NCBI GenBank assembly: GCA_964016885.1
Contig: OZ024742.1
Coordinates: forward strand, 377,518,001-377,582,000
Direction: 5' to 3'
Length of the DNA: 64,000 bases
Source of the DNA: Eledone cirrhosa
Taxonomy: Eukaryota
The position numbers and the translations under genes were made by a program. The stretch's first letter is position 1; each line of letters begins with the position of its first letter. The notes below the pieces were generated by a model, which saw only the letters and a program-made list of their open reading frames with translations, did not search any database and was not told where the DNA came from. Positions 55,960-64,000 of this stretch are shown in pieces.

Positions 55960-56390
55960 TGTGGTCATGAATCTATCAATGGTCATGCATCTTCGGTAAT
56001 GACTGAAAGAATACGATTGTGAATACAAGCGACTGAAATGGGGTTCCTCCGAGGAGTCTTTGGCGTAACTTACTTGATAGAGTGCATAGCTGGGAAATCA
56101 GAGAGTCACTCCAGATAGAGCCGCTACTTCTCCGAGTTGAGAGATCACAGCTCCGGTACTATGGACACGTGTTTACAATGTCTCAGGAAAGACCCAGAGG
56201 TAAACCCCGAGCAAGATATTTGGATAACATCCATGAGCTTGACTGGTTTCGCTTGGGGATCCAGTCGGATTAGTTGGAGGTAGTTGCTTCTGACAGGACA
56301 CACAGGTAGTAATGTTTGAGAACTATGCCCCCCCCCCCCGCCCTCTCAGATATAAGTGGGTGAAGAAGAAGAAGAAAAGAAGAAGAAGAT
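55960..56390 (+). mobile_element. 3' fragment of an RTE (Expander/Rex3-like) LINE
   Basis: VMTERIR..IQATEMGFLR..IRESLQIEPLLLRVERSQLRYYGHV..RPRGKPRARY; (gaa)n tail. Confidence 0.75.
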
Positions 56391-56692
56391 AATTAATTAC
56401 TCAGTGTTTAATATTTTGTCCTAGCGATGTAATTTCATGTACGTTTCGTTTTGTTTTCTTTAATTTATCGTTCATGCCTGTGTTCTGCAATCTAATTTCG
56501 TTTCGTTGTACATTTTTGAAACTACCCCAGGACAGTGTTTAACTGCCTTGTTAGACATTGTGATCCCGAGTGGACCAGCAGATCTGTCAGTAGGGGTCGA
56601 AATTGTAAGACCAATTCTACAGCCGATCACTAAAGGGTTGCTGTCTTATTCACGTTACCATTTCTCTGTCGTCTTTATACCATCTTGTCCTT

Positions 56693-56810
<118 letters not shown>

Positions 56811-56811
56811 A

Positions 56812-58060
56812 TGTAAAACGAAAAATCAGTGATGCATCTGAACTCTATTGTGTGTTACAATTGTTTGGCAGACAACTCGAGACACGATCATTGTATGGAT
56901 CTGTCTGGACCTGCAGGTTCGCCGGACACTTGCAATAATTTCGAATCAAATTTTCTCACTGGGCTGTTAGCGTCAAAAAACAGACGCAACCAGCATAACC
57001 GCGAAATGACTGGCGAACATGCAGGACATGATATGCGGAATAACAATCGCACCACCCCGCGTGCTGTGGGTTGTAATGGTGCTAACGACAGCTGCGGGAG
57101 CGTAGATAACAACGTAGGCAGCAACAATGATAGCCTTACCGTGGGAAATAGATGGAACCGCGACAGAAATTGCAACTGCCGCGACAGAGGACGCTGCCCC
57201 CTTAGAGGATACTGCTTGACTGATAGGGTTATATATAGATGCACTGTAACTAGCCACATTATATAGGGGCTACCTCCGGCCCGTTCAAAATTAGGTTTCG
57301 AACACATCTCCATTCTTTCACAAATAAAAAAACTAAGACACTCCACTTCGCTCGCGGACTACATCACATCACTAAAGGACTTAAACATCAGCTTCTCCAC
57401 GCAATGGAATATTGTCAGCAGAGCTGCACTGTACAATTTCAAGAGGAAGTGAGATCTTTGCCTCATGGAGCTCTACCACATCATAACTGCACACCACGAG
57501 CTCATCAACAGCAGAACTGAAACAGCGATGAGTTGTATACGTCGCTTAAAAATATCCTTCTTCAGATGGGTTAAGGATGAGGAGTGAAACCGTGCACCGG
57601 ATCTCCCTGCAACAAGTCTTAACACCCCGGCGGGCAGGCGCTGCAAAATAACACCCAGGAAACTAACCTTGCATACCAGACGCAGCCTCAAACGACTCAG
57701 ACAAACAGATGCGGAAAAACAAACGTCTCAAAATAAGCGTTGGTTACATGACCCTGTGGTATCGACAATGGTAAGGTTGTAATCTCATCTTGTAGCGGAT
57801 AAAAGTTTGTCCGGGAAAGACTGCCCTAACACCGGCGAGAGTTACCTCCCTTGACCTGCTGCAAAATCAAAACAAGCTATTTTTGCTAGCAATGAATCTT
57901 GACGTGAATTTAACCCCCAAAACTCTTTCCGAGCAATGTAAGGAACACTTTTGGCTATTTATGCCCTTGAGAAGCCCAACTGGGCGAAACGTACGTAAGT
58001 GCTGTTTTAAATAAACATGTTTTAACGGTCTATTCTCCGATTTCTTACTTTCCCACGTAT
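56812..58060 (+). mobile_element. 5'-truncated Naiad-type PLE preceded by an inverted family A-like pLTR
   Basis: CNCRDRGRCPLRGYCLTDRVIYRC..YIGATSGPFK..STSLADYI..W..RK*DLCLME; HHR-like TTGAGAA-gccc aact gggc-GAAA-cgtacg-TA at 57964-58002, then aataaa. Confidence 0.8.
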
Positions 58061-58094
58061 ACATATATATATATATATTATATATATACATATG

Positions 58095-58183
<89 letters not shown>

Positions 58184-58189
58184 GTAAGT

Positions 58190-58842
58190 ATGTATGTATA
58201 CGTACATACATATATGTATACAGACGTACAGTATTATGTATATATATACAAACATGGACACATATATATATGCACGTATCGGTTTACCGAACATTTATTA
58301 TAATGCTCGGTTTGTTTGTTTGTAAACAAATAAACAGCCCGAATTACGCCGTACAGTGTTCAGGCAACCACGTCACCTTTTTTGTTCAACACTGACACAG
58401 GAACGATGTACTAGTTTCAAGCTTATTATCTATCGTCAGCATCGTATACCTTCCTGCCAGATGGTTGAACGTCTGAAACTATATACTTTCCTTATGCATA
58501 TTAACGGCTGAGCAGCCTAATTTGCATATCGAGTGAGTTTAGTCGGCCGGGCGCACCGAAAACGATAAAGGGAATAGAATGAAACGAAATTTCATTTCTC
58601 ACTCTTAGAACGGCACTTACTTAAATGAAAGTATGTATGTATGTATGTATGTATACGTACATACATATTTGTATACAGACGTACAGTAGTATGTATATAT
58701 ATACATACATGCACACATATATATGCACGTATCGGTTTACCGAACATTTATTATAATGCTCGGTTTGTTTGTTTGTAAACAAACACACAGCCCGAATTAC
58801 GCCGTACGAAGTGAGAAATGAAATTTCGTTTCATTCTATTCC
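58190..58842 (-). mobile_element. ~453-bp HHR-bearing unit, ~1.35-mer, with a 33-bp terminal inversion
   Basis: ~58190-58354 repeated at ~58645-58806; 58810-58842 is the inverse of ~58571-58603. Confidence 0.7.
58403..58445 (-). ncRNA. Minimal type-I hammerhead ribozyme
   Basis: Reverse complement reads acgatg-CTGACGA-tagataataagctt-GAAA-ctag-TA-catcgt. Confidence 0.8.
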
Positions 58843-58863
58843 ATATATATATATATATATATA

Positions 58864-59055
58864 TGAAAAAGTATGGTTCCGACGGCAGAGCTCAAGCCGT
58901 ATCGACGGCTATTTCTGGACTCAGAAATAGCCGTCGAAATGGCTTGAGCTCTGCCGTCGGGGTCATACTTTTCCCTATTTCCCACTCTACTACCCTAAGT
59001 ATTGAGTACTCTGGTGCGTTATGGTCCATCTGGTTCCTTACCACAATTCCTTTGT

Positions 59056-59094
<39 letters not shown>

Positions 59095-59250
59095 CGAAGG
59101 AGGTGTGGTAAGTTACCAGGGGGAACATAACGCACCAGAGTACTCAATACTTAGGGTAGTAGAGTGGGTAATAGGAAAAAGTTTCAACTCGACGGCAGAG
59201 CTTAAGCCGTTTCGACGGCTTGAGCTCTGCCGTCGAGGTTAAACTTTTTC
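58864..59250. mobile_element. Two foldback fragments of the 1587-1792 family
   Basis: 58864-59060 and 59092-59250 are mutually inverted, each with an internal hairpin. Confidence 0.6.
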
Positions 59251-59422
59251 ATATATATATATATCGTTTCTGAATTTGTTTAGCAAGATTCTTTATCTGA
59301 AAACGTGTGTTGAAACCGATATTGTTATACTTTGGGAGGGTCATGTTGCAATAAACACACACACAAACAAGATGGCGTAAAACAGAACAAAGGAGAGGCA
59401 CAAAACAAAGAGAAGAATCCCC

Positions 59423-59467
59423 TGTCACTGAAAAGGTCACAGAATGTGTGACGAAAGAACTTTGACA
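59423..59467 (+). ncRNA. Hammerhead-like motif (CUGAAAA core) in a small element at 59256-59604
   Basis: tgtca-CTGAAAA-ggtcaca gaatg tgtgac-GAAA-gaac-TT-tgaca. Confidence 0.55.
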
Positions 59468-59597
59468 ATATATGAACAACCGTCCGGTTGTGGAACCAAC
59501 CAACCAACTGGAAATTTATAAATTTAATTTATAATAAATTGGAGAGAAAGCTACTCGGACGTATGTTTTTATTGGCAACAAGACCCTCCCAAAGTGT

Positions 59598-59715
<118 letters not shown>

Positions 59716-59770
59716 GTATGTATATATATTTGTATGTATATGTATGTTTATATTTAAATATAGCACAGTA

Positions 59771-59835
<65 letters not shown>

Positions 59836-60029
59836 TAAACGGAATAGAAAATGCTGACAAATTGTTCACAGTTGAAAAATGGTTTAATTAGGAATAAAAG
59901 AGTATTAGTAATTGTATGGGTTAGTATTCAGTTGTGGTTTTAAGTTTTTAAGTTTTTACCGGTTGCGCATTTCTAAATGCTTTTCAAAAATAATTTTGAG
60001 ATAGAGTGTCCGTGTTATTTGCTCTGATC

Positions 60030-63000
60030 AGAGCAAACAACACAAACTTACTTAGCAAGAATATTTTGGATAGAATCATACCACAACTTAAGCAAATATC
60101 TTATTTAAAATTATGGAATGGGACTAATGAAGTTATTGACTGGTTTAAGGACATTAAATATAAACATAACAATAAATTCATTCAATTGGATATTGCTAAT
60201 TATTACTCATCTATCACTCCTAATCTACTTAATAAAGCCCTTACATATGCATTTAAATATACAGATTTAACTAGCAATGAAATGCACATTATCTTAACTG
60301 CACGTAAAACATTAATTAAACTTAACAACCACCTTTGGACTAGAGCAGATAGGAATAACAATTTCGATATCACTATGGGATCATCGGACTCGGCGCAATT
60401 AACGGATCTTGTGGGGCTTTTTATTAACAATACTTTACATAGGAAAATACCGGAGATGACCGGTGGTTTATATGATGACGATATACTATTACTTATTGAA
60501 AATAATAATAATTGTTAAATAAATAGGAAAAGAAAAGAAATTATACAATTTTTTAATAGCGTTAATCTTAAAGTAGAAGTAGAGAATAATTATAAAATAG
60601 TTAATTTTTTAGATGTAACTTTAAACCTTAATACTGGTCTTTATTATCCATTTCATAAAATAAATGAGAATTTAAACTATGTTAACTTTAATTCCAATCA
60701 TCCCAGATCTATTAAAATACTATTGTAAATTCTGTGCAGCAACGTATTTCTAGAATTTCAGCGAATAAAAGTATATTTGAAGATAAGGCACAGTATTATT
60801 ACGAAGCGTTAGGTAGAGCAGGCTATAGTAATGAAATTAAATACATTGACAATAAGGATGTGCCAATTAACCATAACTATAAATATAATTATAATAGGAA
60901 ACCTTGCACTAACTCGAAAATCAAAAGAAAAAATAGAACTAGAAATATATGATGGTTCGCTCCCCCTTTCTCATTAAGTATTAAAACTCCCATAGCTAAA
61001 TTATTCTTTAAAGCTCTAGATAAGTGCTTTCCTAAGACACACAGGTATTACTCAATCTTTAATAGACATACTATTAAACTCTCATATTCCACCACTATGA
61101 ATTTAGCGCAGAATATTAATAGAATTAATAATAGAAACTTAAAACCTAACCAGAATAGCATTAATAACCCTAGCAATATCCAATATAATGTTACGGCTCC
61201 CAATAATATAAATTCAGATAAATGTAAATGTAGAAATAAATCTAACTGTCTTCTAAATAATAATTGTTTAGTTAAAAATATAGTGTACAATTGTAATGTC
61301 AAAACAAATGAAAACTCCTTTAACTATGTCGGCTCTACTTCCACAGACTTCAAATCTCGTTTTAATAACCATAAATGTTCCTTTACGAATATTGGTAAAA
61401 AATCTTCAACTTCTCTATCTTAGAGTCCAAGAATATTAATTATTCTTTACTTTGGAAAATTATTTCCAAATCTCCTTCATACACTACTTTATCCAAAAAT
61501 TGCTCACTCTGCGTTGAAGAAATATTCTTTATACTAAAAAGTAAGAACTCTATTATTTTGCGGAATAATTTATTTAGTTCATGTAAACATCGTTTAAACT
61601 CAACTTTTAAATATATATACAAAATGTAATATATGATTTATCTCCTTTAAATAATGTTTTCTATATCTGTATATGATTCATATATATTTAATTTACTTTC
61701 TATTATCTCTACGTTTATATCATTACACCTATCGATAGATTATACATTTTTTTTTTATATGACTGCTTGAAACATTTTTCTTGAAAAACTTACAGAAGGT
61801 TTTAGCAAAAATCTCTTGAAAATTCCTTTGAAAGATATAGAAAAACCATTATTTTCATACTTTCCAATATTTTTATATCTTCAAATATTTTTATATTTTT
61901 ATATTTTTATATCTCCAAACGTTTTTAATATATATATCCAATTGTTTATATATATGTGGAAAAACATATGTTTTTTATATATAGTTTTTTTTATTATATA
62001 TATGTGGAATAACCTATGGTTTATGCTTTAAATATATTCTTAAGATAAAACTTTTTAAAATTTTAACTTTATAGCAAGTAAATTTATGACTTCGTATAAA
62101 ATAACATATGGTTCATGTTTTAATTATATTTTTAAGATAAAATTTTTTAACTTTTTAACCTTATAACATTTAATCCTTGGAGTCATTTGAGATCTTAAAA
62201 AAATCACTTCTAACTTCCTTTACACTTCCTTACGGTTTTTAGAATATAATTAAGTGGTTATTCCTTTGTAATCTCTCGTAAAATTTTCATAAATTTAAAA
62301 TTATTTGGATGTTTAAATTTTGACTTACAACTTTTAATAAAATAAACTATACTAGATTTTCTCTAATGTAAAATACTATATATTTATTTAAATAATTTAT
62401 TATCCTTAACATACACATTTAAACTAATTATTAATATTAAATTATTAAATTAAATCTTTAATATTAAGGCAAATTTTAATCTTTAATTTTGATTTCTAAT
62501 TTTAATCTTAATCTAATTTTTTAACCTATCATTATAAGTATCTTTTCAAAACGTAATGAACCCTGCATTATAAATATTATTCTTTCACTTAGATATACTT
62601 ACGCTGTGTATATTTATCCTTTAAAATTTATTTCTTCATGCACTCTATCTTCACTATCAATATATATAATCGATTTTTCTTTCCTCTTCTATCTTTCTCT
62701 TTCCTTTTTCTTTTTTTTCTCTCTCCCTTACATATCATCTTCTTCCAACAGTTTAATTTAAATAAACTGTTACCTTTTCAACCTTTCGGACACTCATTTG
62801 CATACCCACTCATAATTTTATATTACCCTCAATAAATGTACAATCTCCACTATCCAGGAAGTTCCAACCGTTAAGGTTGTCTTTTTTTTCCGGGTATGTC
62901 AATATTTATTTATAAACCAAATCTGTATTTTCTCTGATGAAAGCGCACCATAATTTACCTTGGTTGCCCGTGAAATATGTATAATAAAATAAATATGGTT

Positions 63001-63031
63001 TTATAAATATAGTTTCCATTTATTAATATAT

Positions 63032-63035
<4 letters not shown>
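60030..63035 (+). mobile_element. Decayed AT-rich Naiad-type PLE (RT + GIY-YIG ~60050-61628, 3' UTR, pLTR)
   Basis: FIQLDIANYY, FDITMGSSDSAQLTDLVG, GLYDDD, NFLDVTL, SNHP, CKCRNKSNC..IVYNC, YVGST, CSLCVEE, CKH; multiple stops. Confidence 0.88.
62926..62991 (+). ncRNA. Type-I hammerhead ribozyme
   Basis: tattttct-CTGATGA-..acca..tggt..-GAAA-tatgta-TA-ataaaata; homologous to 36150-36210. Confidence 0.7.
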
Positions 63036-63073
<38 letters not shown>

Positions 63074-63519
63074 ATTATTACTGTGCTCAGATGAAAAGTT
63101 TGTTGGTTATGTTCGGTGAAAACTCATTAGAATGATGATGTATATATAGATGTATAAACACATACACATACACACACTTATATATGTTGATGTATGCAAA
63201 TATATATTTCTTGAGAGATATTTATGTGGATATAACGATCTAAATTAATGCATTCACACAGCCATACATATATAGAGATATGTGTATATACATGCATGCC
63301 CGTTTGTCTTATGTATATATGTATGCATATGTGTATAATACATATATACATATATATATATATGTATGTATGTATATATGTATGGTATGTATGTATGTAT
63401 CAATGTATATATATACGTATATATATGGCTGTATGTATGTATATATGTATGAATGTATGTTTTTATGTAACTATACATATATGTATGCATATAAATATGT
63501 ATGTGTTTATGTATCTATG

Positions 63520-63554
<35 letters not shown>

Positions 63555-63570
63555 GTTTATGTAACTATGT

Positions 63571-63602
<32 letters not shown>

Positions 63603-63763
63603 TTATATATATGTCTATATATATATAGGCATATATGTATGTATCTATGTATGTATATATATGTATGTACGTATGTATATATATATATGTAATGAATGAA
63701 GGAATAGGGTAAATATTACTGTATTCTGATCAATCAATTGAGACCTGTACGGAGGCTATACGG

Positions 63764-63863
<100 letters not shown>

Positions 63864-64000
63864 ATGTATGTATGAATTAGAACATATATATTTTAAAAGT
63901 AGTTCTTTCAAATTTAATTTTGATTCTGAAGTATTTTCAAGAGAATGAAGTTTGCTGCTAATTGGGAATAATTTAAGACATAAATATCCTTCATTACATT

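Noticed and set aside
60950-60952. In-frame TGA in the Naiad at 60030
   Set aside because: It falls at a non-cysteine position (RNI*WF) in a copy with other stops; ordinary decay.

Overview
This is a repeat-saturated, AT-rich animal intergenic region. The microsatellite style and tRNA-derived SINEs are consistent with an octopus/cephalopod genome (inference). No host gene, rRNA, true tRNA or CRISPR array is visible, and most tracked ORFs are microsatellite or satellite artefacts. The window is dominated by Penelope-like retroelements (PLEs; RT plus GIY-YIG): one near-complete Naiad-type element (ORF 4961-7860), several 5'-truncated Naiad copies, one Neptune-type copy and many solo pseudo-LTR (pLTR) foldbacks. 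Almost all sit in (TA)n tracts as head-to-head pairs with their 3' ends pointing outward. About ten unrelated families carry type-I hammerhead ribozymes (HHRs) or variants, most with a palindromic stem III, found by manual folding. Two non-coding HHR-bearing units (664 bp and about 453 bp) occur as non-integer tandem multimers; the 664-bp one has variable end points, as expected for retrozyme-like circular RNAs. Also present are RTE-clade LINEs (one with a 5' inversion fused to a PLE), an L1/Tx1 fragment, SINEs, a 92-bp G-rich minisatellite and a 10-kb 30-bp satellite with higher-order SINE-containing spacers.
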